In this document: positions 21,124 through 33,027 of the stretch, in pieces
How positions within the stretch are numbered: position 1 is the stretch's first letter
Layout: every line of letters begins with the position of its first letter
From: an uncultured Holophagales bacterium
GTDB taxonomy: Bacteria; Acidobacteriota; Thermoanaerobaculia; Multivoradales; UBA5704
Reading direction: 5' to 3'
Assembly: GCA_963842525.1 (NCBI GenBank)
Contig: CAWJGT010000025.1
Span: forward strand, 128,001 to 192,000
Length of the DNA: 64,000 nt
Notes under the pieces: model-generated
Told to the model about the DNA's origin: nothing
The model's database searches: none
The model's input: only the letters and a program-made list of their open reading frames with translations
Program-made: the position numbers and the translations under genes

Positions 21124-21175
21124 AGTTGACGATGAGCTTATCTCCGATTGGGTTAGATTGGAGCGGGAGGCACCT

Positions 21176-21949
21176 GTGGAGCTCCGTGACTTCGCCCAGA
21201 CCGTCCTGACGACCGAGGACCTTTCTATCAAGCTGGCTCCGCCGCGGGAGGAGCTGACGGACGAGCAGCCCGGGCCGGCCTTCCGGGCCGAGGGGCCGGG
21301 CCGGCTGCTGGGCCTCCGGTTCTCCAAAGTCGACGTCCCCTCGATCGAAGGGATGCCGGACCCGGCGCAACGGCCGCGCATCCTCCACGGCCTGGCCAAC
21401 CACGAGCTCCAGGCGGCCGAGCTGTTCGCCTGGGCGCTCCTGGCGTTTCCGGACACGCCGGCCGAATTCCGGCAGGGGCTCGCCCGCATCCTGCTGGACG
21501 AGCAGCGGCATACCCGCATGTACATCGCCCGCCTGGAGGACGCCGGGGCACGCTTCGGCGACTACCCGGTCAACGGCTATTTCTGGAAGAAGGCCGTCTC
21601 CATCCATTCGCCGCTGGACTTTATCTGCGCCATGTCGCTGACCTTCGAGAACGCCAACCTCGACCACACGGTCGACTACGCCGAGGCGGCACGGCGGGCC
21701 GGCGATCCCAAGACGGCGGCGGTGATCGACCAGGTCCACCGGGACGAGATCGAGCACGTCCGCTTCGGTTGGACCTGGCTCCAGGTCTTCAAGGGAGAGG
21801 AGGAGTCGGCCTGGGACGCCTGGCAAAGCCACCTCACCTGGCCGCTCCGCCCAGCCCGCGCCCGTGGGACCCGCTTCCACCGCGAAGGCCGCGAAGCCGC
21901 CGGGCTCGACCCCGAGTTCATCCGGCGGCTCGAGGAGAGCGAGTTGTAA
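21176..21949 (+). CDS. Ferritin-like DUF455 family protein
   Basis: HELQAAEL, DEQRH, FENANLD, DEIEHV di-iron motifs; GTG start after GGGAGG. Confidence 0.8.
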   Translation: MELRDFAQTVLTTEDLSIKLAPPREELTDEQPGPAFRAEGPGRLLGLRFSKVDVPSIEGMPDPAQRPRILHGLANHELQAAELFAWALLAFPDTPAEFRQGLARILLDEQRHTRMYIARLEDAGARFGDYPVNGYFWKKAVSIHSPLDFICAMSLTFENANLDHTVDYAEAARRAGDPKTAAVIDQVHRDEIEHVRFGWTWLQVFKGEEESAWDAWQSHLTWPLRPARARGTRFHREGREAAGLDPEFIRRLEESEL

Positions 21950-21952
21950 CCC

Positions 21953-22570
21953 TCACCTCGCGCTCTTCACGAGCCTCTCGAGACAACGGAGACAGCGCCG
22001 AAGGCTGTCCGCACTTTCGGCGCCGACCGCCGGCCGCCATCCCTTCTCCAGATTCCGAACGTACTCGATGATCCGTGACGTGTATGCGGGTCCCACAGTC
22101 CGCCCGCTTTCCGGTCTCGGCACCATGTCCTGCCTCACCTCTTTACGCCGGGAGATGCGGGCCAGATCCACGACGGCACGCTTGGGGTCGAGCAGCTCCT
22201 CCGGCCGCGCCGGTACCTTGGAGAGAGGAATACCGAAGAACGAGGAAAAGCGTTCCCTGTCGGCAAGCAGCCAGGCCTCGACCTCCCGGAAGGCAACCCG
22301 GAAACAGAGATGTGGGGCAGGGCTTTCCAGGTGCCGTTTGACGAAAGTCGGCGCGCAGTCGTCGTCGCGGTCAAGGTCGACCAGGATGACCCAGGGATGG
22401 TGGCGGGCTGCAAGGTTGTAACCCCCAATACGCTGCAGGAGGCGGCCCTTGCCATTCTTGCCGTAGACCGTGCCGGCCAAGCCGCCGCAGTCCTGCACCA
22501 GCCTCCGCAGGACGGCCTCGTCGGTCGGACCTTCCACAGCCCCGGAGATCAAGAGGTGGTCCGCCGGCAC
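21953..22570 (-). CDS. TOPRIM-like protein (DUF4276-like), partner of the AAA ATPase
   Basis: AVEGPTDE, VDLD, EVEAWLLAD motifs. Confidence 0.7.
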   Translation of the reverse strand: MPADHLLISGAVEGPTDEAVLRRLVQDCGGLAGTVYGKNGKGRLLQRIGGYNLAARHHPWVILVDLDRDDDCAPTFVKRHLESPAPHLCFRVAFREVEAWLLADRERFSSFFGIPLSKVPARPEELLDPKRAVVDLARISRRKEVRQDMVPRPESGRTVGPAYTSRIIEYVRNLEKGWRPAVGAESADSLRRCLRCLERLVKSAR

Positions 22571-22578
22571 AGGACAGC

Positions 22579-23745
22579 TCAGCTCTCGAACAGGGAGAGT
22601 TGTTCGGCCCTCTCGGGGCGGGTCCGCGGAATGACCACCTCCGCCAGAGTCAGGCCGCCTTCCAGGAGATCTCCGACCTCACGCAGAGAGCTGGCGGGCC
22701 GCACGACGGTCCCCTCGCTGCCCGGCTCGAGCAGTAGAACCTCATCGACGCCGATTCCTTCGTCCTCGAGAAGCTCTTTGGAATGTGTGCTGAGCAGTGC
22801 CTGGCGGCCCGATGCACGTTGCACCCTGTGGAGCAGCTGAGGAAGGAACCGCACGACTTCGGGGTGGAGCGACAGCTCGGGCTCTTCGAGCAGGAGCGGG
22901 CCCGAGCCATCCAGCACAGCCCACAGGAGCCCAATCAGCCGGAGGGTTCCGTCGGAGAACTCCTCCTCCGTCTGCCATGCTTCCTGCGGGCGCCAGTGCT
23001 TGTACTTGCCCCGCAGGTGAGGGGTCCCACGGACCGGATCGCGCCAGAGCTCGAGATCTTCCAACTGGGGGACCGCCACCTCGAGCGCCTCACGGATTCG
23101 GCGCAACCTCGCGTCCCGCGTCTGGGCCTGGCTGCTCGCGATCTGCTCCAGGAAGTCACCCCCGTAGGGATCGTCTTGGCGCCCCACTGAACGGTCTGGC
23201 TCGCGGATGAGCTGCGGAACAACGTGGAGGTACCGGACAGAGCCGAGAAACTCGGTGACGTCCCGAAATTCCCGGTTCATGTTCACCTGCTCAAGATAGG
23301 TCTGGGTCAGCCGCTCAGGGTCTTGCAAGTCCGCCTCGTCCGGACGGACGAAGAGATCCCGCTCATGGTGTGCTACGCGCTCATACTTCAGCAGGGGTCG
23401 TCGGGAGCTGTCCTGCGTGAACCGGATCTCGTATTCCCAGATCGAGTGATCCTCATCTGTACCGATCTGAACGCGGATTCCGACCTGGGTCTGCTGGCCG
23501 CGGGCGGCGAGAGACCGGAGCTTCGAGACACTTCCACGTCGGCCGACGGCGTCTCGAAATCCACCTCCTACCGAAACGATGTCCTGGAGAAAGCGGAAGG
23601 CGTCCAGGAAATTCGACTTCCCGGATGCATTGGGGCCGACCAGAAAGACCCGGTCCCGGAGGGAGACCTCCACCGAGGTGAAGTTCCTCCAGTTGAGCAA
23701 CCCGATCCACGTGAAGCGCAGGGACTGACCCTTCGCTCTCTTCAT
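22579..23745 (-). CDS. ABC-type AAA ATPase (AAA_21 family)
   Basis: Walker A GPNASGKS, signature FSDGT, Walker B LLLEEPELSLHP, STHS. Confidence 0.9.
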   Translation of the reverse strand: MKRAKGQSLRFTWIGLLNWRNFTSVEVSLRDRVFLVGPNASGKSNFLDAFRFLQDIVSVGGGFRDAVGRRGSVSKLRSLAARGQQTQVGIRVQIGTDEDHSIWEYEIRFTQDSSRRPLLKYERVAHHERDLFVRPDEADLQDPERLTQTYLEQVNMNREFRDVTEFLGSVRYLHVVPQLIREPDRSVGRQDDPYGGDFLEQIASSQAQTRDARLRRIREALEVAVPQLEDLELWRDPVRGTPHLRGKYKHWRPQEAWQTEEEFSDGTLRLIGLLWAVLDGSGPLLLEEPELSLHPEVVRFLPQLLHRVQRASGRQALLSTHSKELLEDEGIGVDEVLLLEPGSEGTVVRPASSLREVGDLLEGGLTLAEVVIPRTRPERAEQLSLFES

Positions 23746-23750
23746 CGGGT

Positions 23751-25769
23751 CTATCTCACCAACCCCTCGATCCGCTCCGCCACCTTGTCCGCGGTGAAGC
23801 CGAATTCGGTGGCCAGATCCTTGTAGGGGGAGGAGGCGCCGAAGCGCTCGATGCCGTGAATCTCGCCCTGGTCTCCCACGTACTTGTGCCAGCCGAAGGG
23901 GCTGGCCGCCTCGACGGCGAGGCGCTTGCGGATGGCGGGTGGCAGGACCGAGTCGCGGTACTCCTGCGGCTGGCGGTCGAAGAGCTCCCAGGACGGCATG
24001 CTCACGACCCGCGCCCGCACCTTGCCGGCGAGACTCTTCGCGGCTTCGAGGGCGACGTGGACCTCCGAGCCGGTGGCGAGCACGATCACCTCGGGGTCGC
24101 CGTCCGGCGGGTCGAGGAGGACGTAGGCGCCGCGCCGCACCCCCTCGCGCGCCTTGGCCGCGGTCTCTTCCAGGATGGGCACGGCCTGCCGCGTCAGGGC
24201 GAGGGCCGTAGGCGCGTGCCGGTTCTCGAGGGCCGCCCGCCAGGCCTCGGCCGTCTCGCAGGCGTCCGCCGGCCGGATGACGGTCAGGGTCGGGATGGCG
24301 CGCAGGGCCGCGAGCTGCTCGACGGGCTGGTGGGTGGGGCCGTCCTCGCCGAGGAAGATCGAGTCGTGGGTGTAGACGTAGATCACCTGGATCTTCATCA
24401 GGCAGGCCAGGCGGATCGGCGGACGCATGTAGTCCGAAAAAATGAGAAAAGTGCCGCCGTAGGGGATCCACAGCCGCGACAGAGACATGCCGTTGAGGAT
24501 CGATCCCATGCCGTGCTCGCGCACGCCGAAGCGGAGATAGCGGCCATCCGGGTGTTCGGCCGAGAGGCTCTCCGAGCCCCTGATGAGGGTGTCGTTGGAC
24601 GGCGTGAGGTCGGCCGAGCCGCCCACCAGCTCGGGCAGCCGGCCGCCGATGGCGTTGAGCACCTGTCCCGAGGCCGAGCGCGTGGCCATCGGCTTGTCGC
24701 CGGGCTCGAAGGTCGGCAGGGCCTCCTCCCAGCCTTCGGGAAGCTTCCCGGCCAGCCGGCGGTCGAGGTCGGCGGCGTCTCCGGGGTGCGCTTCGCGGTA
24801 GCGCCGCAGCAGGTCGTTCCATTCCGTTTCCAGCCGCCGGCCGCGCTCGCGGGCCTCCTCGAAGGGCTTTCGCCCCTCGTCCGGCACCAGGAAGGTGGGC
24901 TCGGTGGGCCAGCCGAGGGCCTGCTTGGTGGCGATCACCTCGTCAGGCCCGAGCGGCGAGCCGTGGGCCTCGGCGGTCCCGGCCTTCTTGGGGCTGCCGT
25001 AGCCGATGATGGTGCGGACGACCACCAGGGTCGGCCGCTCGGCCTCGGCCTCGGCTTCGGCGATCGCCTTTTCGAGCTGGTCGAGGTCGTTGCCGTCCGC
25101 CACCCGCAGGACGCGCCAGCCGTAGGCCTCGTAGCGCTTGCCCACGTCCTCGGAGAAGGCGAGGCTCGTCGGACCGTCGATCGAGACCTCGTTGTCGTCG
25201 TAGAAGACCTTGAGCTGCGAGAGCTTCAGGTGGCCGGCGATCGACGAGGCCTCGGAGGCCACGCCCTCCATCATGTCGCCGTCGCTGGCGATGACCCAGA
25301 CGCGGTGGTCGAAGAGGGGGAACCCGTCGCGGTTGAATCGCGCCGCGGCCATCTTGGCGGCGATGGCCATGCCGACAGCGTTGCCGAGGCCCTGGCCGAG
25401 TGGGCCGGTGGTGGTCTCGACGCCGCGGGTCAGCTCGTGCTCGGGATGGCCCGGGGTCTTGGAGCCGAGCTGGCGGAAGCGCTGCAGCTCTTCCATGGGC
25501 AGGCCGTAGCCCGCGAGGTGGAGCAGCGCGTAGAGCAGCGCCGACGCGTGGCCGGAGGACAGGACGAAGCGGTCCCGGTCGGGCCAGTCGGAGTTGTCCG
25601 GGTTGTGGCGCATGTGCCGTGTCCACAGGAGATAGGCGAGCGGCGCCTGTCCCAGGGGGGCTCCCGGATGGCCTGACTTCGCCTTCTCGACCATGTCCAC
25701 GGCCAGGAAGCGAATCGTGCTGACGGCGGTGAGATCGGTGTCTTTGCCCATGTCGCCCATGTCCCTCAT
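23751..25769 (-). CDS. tkt: Transketolase
   Basis: [40 protein letters not shown]. Start could be 25769, 25760 or 25751. Confidence 0.97.
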   Translation of the reverse strand: MRDMGDMGKDTDLTAVSTIRFLAVDMVEKAKSGHPGAPLGQAPLAYLLWTRHMRHNPDNSDWPDRDRFVLSSGHASALLYALLHLAGYGLPMEELQRFRQLGSKTPGHPEHELTRGVETTTGPLGQGLGNAVGMAIAAKMAAARFNRDGFPLFDHRVWVIASDGDMMEGVASEASSIAGHLKLSQLKVFYDDNEVSIDGPTSLAFSEDVGKRYEAYGWRVLRVADGNDLDQLEKAIAEAEAEAERPTLVVVRTIIGYGSPKKAGTAEAHGSPLGPDEVIATKQALGWPTEPTFLVPDEGRKPFEEARERGRRLETEWNDLLRRYREAHPGDAADLDRRLAGKLPEGWEEALPTFEPGDKPMATRSASGQVLNAIGGRLPELVGGSADLTPSNDTLIRGSESLSAEHPDGRYLRFGVREHGMGSILNGMSLSRLWIPYGGTFLIFSDYMRPPIRLACLMKIQVIYVYTHDSIFLGEDGPTHQPVEQLAALRAIPTLTVIRPADACETAEAWRAALENRHAPTALALTRQAVPILEETAAKAREGVRRGAYVLLDPPDGDPEVIVLATGSEVHVALEAAKSLAGKVRARVVSMPSWELFDRQPQEYRDSVLPPAIRKRLAVEAASPFGWHKYVGDQGEIHGIERFGASSPYKDLATEFGFTADKVAERIEGLVR

Positions 25770-25885
25770 GTCTCCCTCAGGAATACCCGGCGGGAGGCTG
25801 TAGTTTATCCGTTCGTCCTTCCCCCGAGGTCTGTTTTGACTCGCGGGCGGGGGGTCTCTACAATGAGAGCCCCTGTTGGACCCGT

Positions 25886-25982
<97 letters not shown>

Positions 25983-26024
25983 CCGTTCGCCATTCGCAAT
26001 TACCCCTCCTGGGCCGGGTGTGTC

Positions 26025-27383
26025 ATGAAAGCAGTCAATCCCGCGACCGAAGAGCTGATCCGCGACTACCCCGAGCCGGACGCGCGCGAGGTCGCCGAGC
26101 GGCTGGCCGCCGCCGAGCGGGCCTTCGCCGCCTGGCGCAAGGTCCCCTTTGCCGAGCGCGGCCGGCTGATGCGCTCTGCCGCCGACCGGCTGCGCGAGCA
26201 CCGCGCCGACTACGCCCGGCTGATGACCGACGAGATGGGCAAGCCCATTTCCGCATCAGAGGCCGAGGTCGACAAGTGCGCCTGGGTCTGCGATTTCTAC
26301 GCCGAGCACGCCGAGGGCTTCCTCGCCACCGAGCCGGCGGCGACCGACGCCTCGCGGAGCTGCGTCCGCTACGACCCGCTGGGGCCGGTCCTCGCGATCA
26401 TGCCCTGGAACTTCCCGTTCTGGCAGGTCTTCCGCTTCGCCGCCCCGTCCCTGATGGCGGGCAACGTGGGGGTCCTGAAGCACGCGTCCAACGTCCCGGG
26501 CACCGCGCTGGCGATCGAGGAGGTCTTCCGCGAGGCAGGCTTCCCGGAGGGCGTGTTCACGACTCTGCTGGTCTCGTCGGACCGGGCCACGGAGCTGATC
26601 GGCCACCCGGTGATCCGGGCCGTGACCCTCACCGGCAGCGACCGCGCGGGTCGCGAGGTCGCCGCCGCGGCGGGCCGGCACCTCAAGAAGTCGGTCCTCG
26701 AGCTCGGCGGCTCCGACCCCTTCATCATCCTCGCCGACGCCGATCCCGCGGCCACTGCGCGCGAGGCCGCCCGGGCGCGCACCATCAATTCCGGGCAGAG
26801 CTGCATCGCCGCCAAGCGCTTCCTCGTGGACGAGAAGATCGCCGACCGCTTCGAGGAGGAATTCGTCGCCCGTATGGCGGAGCTGAAGGTGGGCGATCCG
26901 CTCGACCGCGCGAACGAGGTCGGCCCCCTGGCCCGCGCCGACCTGCTCGACGCTCTCGACGACCAGGTGAAGCGGTCGGTCGAGGCGGGCGCGCAGCTCC
27001 GCACCGGCGGCCACCGCCTGCCGGGCAAGGGCTGGTACTACGCGCCGACGGTGCTCACGGGCGTGCGGCCGGGCATGGCCGCCTTCGACGAAGAGACTTT
27101 CGGGCCGGTCGCGGCGGTGACCCGGGCGGACGGCCGGGACGAGGCCATCGAGCTGGCCAACCGGTCGCAGTTCGGCCTCGGCGCGAGCATCTGGACGGCC
27201 GATCCGGTCCTCGCCGAAGCGCTGACGTCCGAGATCGAGGCCGGCTGCGTCTTCGTCAACGGGATCGTCAAGTCCGATCCGCGGCTCCCCTTCGGAGGCA
27301 TCAAGTCCTCGGGCTACGGCCGCGAGCTGTCCGAGGTCGGGATCCGCGAGTTCGTGAACATCAAGACGGTCTGGGTCAAGTAG
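26025..27383 (+). CDS. NAD-dependent succinate-semialdehyde dehydrogenase (Sad/GabD-like ALDH)
   Basis: [35 protein letters not shown]. Confidence 0.9.
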   Translation: MKAVNPATEELIRDYPEPDAREVAERLAAAERAFAAWRKVPFAERGRLMRSAADRLREHRADYARLMTDEMGKPISASEAEVDKCAWVCDFYAEHAEGFLATEPAATDASRSCVRYDPLGPVLAIMPWNFPFWQVFRFAAPSLMAGNVGVLKHASNVPGTALAIEEVFREAGFPEGVFTTLLVSSDRATELIGHPVIRAVTLTGSDRAGREVAAAAGRHLKKSVLELGGSDPFIILADADPAATAREAARARTINSGQSCIAAKRFLVDEKIADRFEEEFVARMAELKVGDPLDRANEVGPLARADLLDALDDQVKRSVEAGAQLRTGGHRLPGKGWYYAPTVLTGVRPGMAAFDEETFGPVAAVTRADGRDEAIELANRSQFGLGASIWTADPVLAEALTSEIEAGCVFVNGIVKSDPRLPFGGIKSSGYGRELSEVGIREFVNIKTVWVK

Positions 27384-28306
27384 GCCTCCGCACCGTCATC
27401 ACCGGACAGTTGGCGTGCTGCACCACCCGCTCGGCGGTGCTGCCCAGGAGCAGGTGCCGCAGGACGCCGTGACCGTGGGTGCCCATGGCGATCAGGTCGG
27501 CGCCGCGCGCCTGGGCCTCTTCCACGATGACCATGGCGGGATCACCTTCCCGGGCGACCGTCTCCACCGTCAAGCCCTCCCGTGCCAGTCCGTCCGCGGC
27601 CTCCTGGAGGAGCCTCTCGGCTTCGAGCCCGGCGTCCTGGAGGTAGTTGAACGAGGTCGGGATCGTGCCGTAGGCCGTGTACTCGATCGGCAGGTTGAAT
27701 GCGTGGATCAGGATCAGCCGCGCGTCCTGCTCGAGCGGGGCGAGGAGCTGGTGGGCGGTACGGATGGCGTTTCCGGCGTCCTCCGAGAAATCGGTCGGCA
27801 CCAGGATGGTCCGGATCGGCCGGTGCCGGCCGAGGTCGTCGGGGTGGACGGCGAGCACGGGACATGGGGCGCGCGTGGACGACCCGCTCGGTCGTACTGC
27901 CCAGGAGGAGATGGCGCCAGCCGGTCAGCCCGCGGGTCCCCATGACGATGGCGAGAGCCGAGGTCTCTTCCGCCCGGTCGAGGATCACCTGCGACGGGGT
28001 GCCCAGGCCCAGGTGGGTGTCGACCTCGACGCCTCTCTCGCGGAGCAGGGCCGCGGCCTGGCCGAGCCGGCCGAGGGCGGCGTCGCGCACCTCCTCGTCG
28101 AAGACGGGTCCGGGCGCGACATAGCCCGGCATCGACGGCGGGATCGAGACCGCATGGACGAGCTCGATGCGGGCGCCCTGCTGTCGCGCCAGCTCGACGG
28201 CCCAGTCGACGGCCGCTTCCGCGGTCGGGGAGAAATCGGTCCCCACCAGGATCGTGGGGCCGGCCGGAGGCTCTGGGGCTGTTGTGGGGGTTGTCTCGGG
28301 GGTCAT
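27376..28306 (-). CDS. Tandem-domain universal stress protein; frameshift near 27875
   Basis: Two USP domains (ILVGTDFS/ILVPTDFS; MGTRG..LLGSTTERVV and MGTHG..LLGSTAERVV) split over two ORFs. Confidence 0.85.
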
Positions 28307-28340
28307 GGCCTCAGTATAGAACCGGCGCCGCCGCCCCGAT

Positions 28341-31300
28341 TCATTTCGGGGGGGTGGCGACCAGCCGCAGGAGCTCGCGGCCGTACTTGGTGACGATCGA
28401 TGGGCCGATGCCGGAAACGTTCAGCAGCTCCACCTCGTCCTGGGGCCGGGTGGAGGCGAGGGCGTGGAGCGCCCGGTCGGTGAGGATGCGGAAGGCGGGC
28501 AGCCCGCGGCGCTGGGCTTCGTTCCTTCGCCACGCCTTGAGGGCTTCGACCAGGGCCGGCAGCGGCTGGTCGAGGAGTTCTTCGGCGCCGGGGAGCGCCG
28601 ACTGAACCGGCTTGCCGTCGCGGGAGCGGGCCGGCTGCGGCCCGGAGTCCTGCTCTTTCCGAGATCTGGCAGTCTTCTTCTCCCGTTTCCTCGACGGTGG
28701 ATCGGGCTCCAGGGTGAGGGGCACGAGCAGGGCGGCGTCCGGTCCGCCGTGGAGGCCTTCGTGCGTGAGCGCGGCGCGCTGGAACCGGATCAGCTTCCCC
28801 TCTTTTTCGAAGGAGTCCTCGCGGATCTCGACCAGGCTGGCGCGGGTGAGCCCACCCAAAAGGCGGTCGAAGGCCTTGCGGGCGGCGGCCAGGGCGGCGG
28901 GAGAAGCGCCGTCGCCATTGCCGTTTCCGGAAAGCTCGCGGAAGAGCTGGCCGGTGCTCTGGCCGTCCCGGCGGCGCAGCGCGCGCAGAATCCGCTCCAG
29001 GTCCCGCGCCTCGTCCGGCGTGGGGAGGTGGAAGTGGCGGACGGCGCAGGCGGCCGTGGCGCAGACGTCGCAGATGCCGCAGGCCTGCCCCGAGTCCTCC
29101 TGGTCGCCGAAGTGGCGGACCAGATGGAGCATGCGGCAGCCGTGGGAGGTGGCGAAACGCACGATCTGGTCGAGCTGGGCGAGCCTGTGGTCGCTCTGTG
29201 CCTGGTAGGGCCGCTGCCAGGCGGCCTCGCCGCGGCTGACGTTGCCGTCGGCGTCGACGCGGGCGCCGCGATGGATCCAGAGCTTTTCCAGCGCCTTTTC
29301 GAAGACCTCCCCGTCGAGGTCGAGCTTCCGGCGGATCTTGTCGCCCGGCAGGGGCTCGGGGCCCAGCATCCGGAAGATGCCGTCCAGGACGTGCTGCTCG
29401 GGATAGTCGCGAGTATGGAAGAACTCGTGGTTGCGGCGGTCGGCCCAGGAGAAGAGGAGGATGGCGCGGGACGGCTTGCCGTCGCGGCCGGCGCGGCCGA
29501 TTTCCTGGTAATAGCCCTCGACGCTCCCCGGCAGGCCGGTGTGGATCACGGTGCGGACGTCCGCCTTGTCGACCCCCATGCCGAAGGCAATCGTAGCGAC
29601 GATCACCTCCAGCCGGCCGGCGAGGAATGCGGTCTGGACGCGGTCGCGCTCGGCGCCGGTCATCCCGGCGTGGTACGCGGCGGCCCGCATCTCGGCCCGC
29701 AGCTCCTCGCCCAGAGCATCCGCCTCCTTGCGGGTCGGGGCATAGACGATAGCGGGCAGGCGCCCCTCCGCGGCGAGGACCTGGCGCACCATCGCCCGTC
29801 GCTCCGAGGGGCGCAGCTCGGCCACCTCGACGGCGATGTTGGTGCGGCGGAAGCCGTGGATGAAGCGGCCCGGGGTCTGCAGGCCGAGCTGGGTCGAGAT
29901 GTCGTCCTGCACGACCGGCGTGGCGGTCGCGGTCAATGCGATGACCGGCGATGGGCGGAGCAGCGGGAGGCGCTGGCCGAGCATCCGGTACTCGGGCCGG
30001 AAGTCGTGCCCCCACTGCGAGATGCAGTGCGCCTCGTCGACCGCGACCAGCGCCGGCTTGCGCTTGGCGAGCATCTCGGGGAAGCCGGGCACGGCGAGGC
30101 GCTCGGGCGCGATGAAGAGATAGTCGAGCCGGCCGGCCAGGTAGTCGACGCAGGCCTGGCGCGAGGACGCCCGGTCGCGGCCGGAGTGGATGCGCTCGGC
30201 CCGCAATCCCACCTCGCGCAGCTTGGCGACCTGGTCCTCCATGAGCGCGATGAGGGGCGAGACCACCAGCGTGACGCCGCCCCGCGCCAGACCCGGGAGC
30301 TGATAGCAGAGAGACTTGCCCGCCCCGGTAGGCATGACGAGGAGGACGTCACGCCCCTCGGTGACCGCGCGGCAGACGTCCTCCTGGAAGGGGCGGAAGG
30401 ACTGGAGGCGGAAGGCGTGGCGGAGGAGGTCGTGGAGGTCGCGGCTGCGTGGACCCTCACCCCCCTGGCCCCCCTCTCCCATCCGCACTCCCATTCCCCC
30501 GGGAGAAGGGGGAAGAGGCGTTCTGTCGCCCCTCCGGGGCTCGGAGATGTTTTGGCGGGCCTCCTCCCCGGGGCTTACGCCCCGGGCTACGTTCTGTCGC
30601 CCCTCCGGGGCTTTCTCCCCCTCTCCCGGAAGGGTGGGAGTGCGGATGGGAGAGGGGGCCGGGGGGTGAGGGCTACGGGTGGGGGCGCCCACGACTTCAC
30701 TGACATACGCCTCGATCTCCTGGAGGAAGCTCGCCAGCTCTCCCTGCCCGCGCTGGATGCGCTGGAGCTGCGCCTCCCACTGCCCGGTCATCGCCGGGCT
30801 CTTCACGTGCGGATGGACGATCTGGATCAGCCGGACCCCCTTGTCCGTGGCGTGCAGGGCCTTGCCCTGGCGCTCGATATAGCCACGGCGCAGCAGGGTC
30901 TCGATGATCTCCGCGCGGGTGGCCGGCGTCCCCAGGCCGCTCTCCTTCATCGCCGCGGAGAGCTCCTTGTCGTCCAGGGTCTTACCGGCCGTCTCCATGG
31001 CCGTCAGCAGCGTGGCCTCGGTGAAACGCTTCGGCGGGCGGGTCTGCTTGGACACGGCCTTCGCGTCGAGCACCCGTTGCGGCTGCCGGGCGGCGAGGCC
31101 GGGCGGCAGATCTTGGGATTCGTCGGCCTCACGATCCTCCACCTCCCCGTCCTCTTTCTTCTCCTTGTCCTTCGACCGGTCCTTCCTCTTGAGCTCGATG
31201 TCCAGGACCTTCCAGCCGGCCTGCTCCACCGCGGTCCCGCTGCTGTGGTAGCGATCCACAGGCCGGAATGGGATTCGTGCTCGTGATGGCCGTGATCACC

Positions 31301-32601
31301 GTGGTCACCGACCAGACGTGGTCATCGTGCCAGGCCATGAGCAGGCGCCGGCAGATCAGGTCGTAGACCTTCCGCTCGTCGTCGGTGAGATCGCTCCTGT
31401 CGGGCGATGTCGGGGTCGGCAGGATCGCGTGGTGGTCGGTGACCTTGGCGTCGTCCACGAACCGGCGGCCCAGCGGTTGCTCGCCGGTGCCGGGGGCGAG
31501 GAGGCCCTCGTACCGGCCGGCGACAGCGCGCACCACGTCGCTCAGGGTCGCGGCCACGTCCGTCGAGAGGTGCCGGCTGTCGGTCCGCGGATAGCTGATG
31601 AGTTTCTTCGCCTCGTAGAGCGATTGGGCGAGGCCGAGCGTCTTCTGGGCGCTGAACCCGTAGAGGCGGTTGGCATGCCGCTGCAGCTCGGTCAGGTCGT
31701 AGAGCAACGGCGGCGGCATGCGCTTCGTCTCGGCGCGGACCGACTCGATCTCGGCCTTGCCGGTGCGCGCCCGCTGGACGATCTGCATCGCCTCTTCGAG
31801 GTCCGCTCCCGGCCGCGCGGGGTCCGCCTTCAGGCGCTTCGCCTCGGACGTCGGGCTCTCGCCGCGGAACCAGGTGCCCCGATAGAGGGGTATCCCCTCG
31901 GCGGGTCCCTCCAGGACGGGCGTGAAGGTGGCGGCCACCTCCAGGTAGTCCTCGGGGACGAAGGCGCGGATGGCCAGTTCGCGCTCGGCGACGATCGCCA
32001 GGGTGGGAGTCTGGACCCGGCCGACCGACCAGAGCTCGTCGCTCTCCCGGGCATCGAGGGTGTAGAGCCGCGAGAGGTTCATGCCGACGAGCCAGTCGGC
32101 GCGGCTCCGTCCGCGGGCCGCGTCGGCCAGCGGGTCGAAGTCGCGGCCGTCGCGCAGCTTGGCGAACCCCTTGCGGATCGCATCCGGCGTGAGGGAGGAG
32201 ATCCAGAGGCGCTGCACCGGCTTGCGGCAGCCGGCGGCCTCGTAGATGTAGCGGAAGATCAGCTCCCCCTCGCGGCCGGCGTCCGTAGCGCACACCACTC
32301 GCTCGACGTCGCGGGCATTGATCACCTTCTTGACCGCCTCGAACTGATCCCGGGTGTCGTCCGGCACGACCAGAGGCCACTCCTGCGGCAGCATGGGGAG
32401 CTGCTCGCGGGCCCAGCGTTTCCATTCCGGCCGGATCTCATGCGGCTGCGCCAGCGTCACCAGATGGCCGACCGCCCAGGTCACCACGTAGCCGTTGCCC
32501 TGGAGACACCCCTCCCCACGCTGGCCCGCGCCCAGGACCTTGGCAATGTCCCGGGCGACGGACGGTTTCTCGGCCACGATGGCGATGATGGAGGGCGGCA
32601 T
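28341..32601 (-). CDS. topB: DNA topoisomerase III fused to RecQ helicase (with HRDC); frameshift near 31260
   Basis: [39 protein letters not shown], then [30 protein letters not shown], Zn-binding Cys cluster and HRDC. The topoisomerase C-terminal part and RecQ share one ORF (28341..31259). Confidence 0.9.
30454..30672. repeat. Composite palindromic element inserted in frame in the topB-recQ linker
   Basis: About 40-bp outer inverted repeats (CCCTCACCCCCC...ATCCGCACTCCCA / TGGGAGTGCGGAT...GGTGAGGG) enclosing two GTTCTGTCGCCCCTCCGGGGCT copies. Confidence 0.8.
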
Positions 32602-32726
32602 CTCGACGCAAAACTCCCGTTCCGGCGAGCCGGTTCGAATTATGCCAGACAGTGACGCGGAGGCGTGGGTCCGGCGGCGGTGCGAGCGAAGATCGTAGCA
32701 GGCCGGGATGCCGTAGGCTCCCGGTT

Positions 32727-32775
32727 TTGACGGAGGGAGGGCGAAGGAATAGACTTAGTCCGATCAGCTTAGTCC
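32727..32775 (+). promoter_or_regulatory. vapBC promoter with probable operator repeats
   Basis: TTGACG-N17-TAGACT, overlapped and followed by two CTTAGTCC repeats. Confidence 0.55.
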
Positions 32776-32787
32776 TTGGAGGTCGAT

Positions 32788-33027
32788 ATGGTCACCGTCA
32801 ACATCCACGAAGCCAAGACCCAGCTCTCGAAGCTGGTCGATCTGGCTGTCAAGGGCGAAGCGTTCGTGATTGCCAAGGCGGGCAAGCCGCTGGTGAAGGT
32901 GGCGGCGCTGGATGCCCCCTCGATGCCGCAACGGCTGGGCTTCCTCGCGGGCGAGATCGCCGTGCCCGAAGATTTCAACTGCATGGGCGAAGCCGAGATC
33001 GCGGCCCTGTTTGGGAGCGGCGCGTGA
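32788..33027 (+). CDS. Phd/YefM family antitoxin
   Basis: VNIHEAKTQLSKLV...GE..VIAKAGKP. Confidence 0.9.
   Translation: MVTVNIHEAKTQLSKLVDLAVKGEAFVIAKAGKPLVKVAALDAPSMPQRLGFLAGEIAVPEDFNCMGEAEIAALFGSGA

Noticed and set aside
28464-31286. 940-aa plus-strand ORF and similar long antisense ORFs
   Set aside because: Shadow frames of GC-rich genes with no recognisable motifs.
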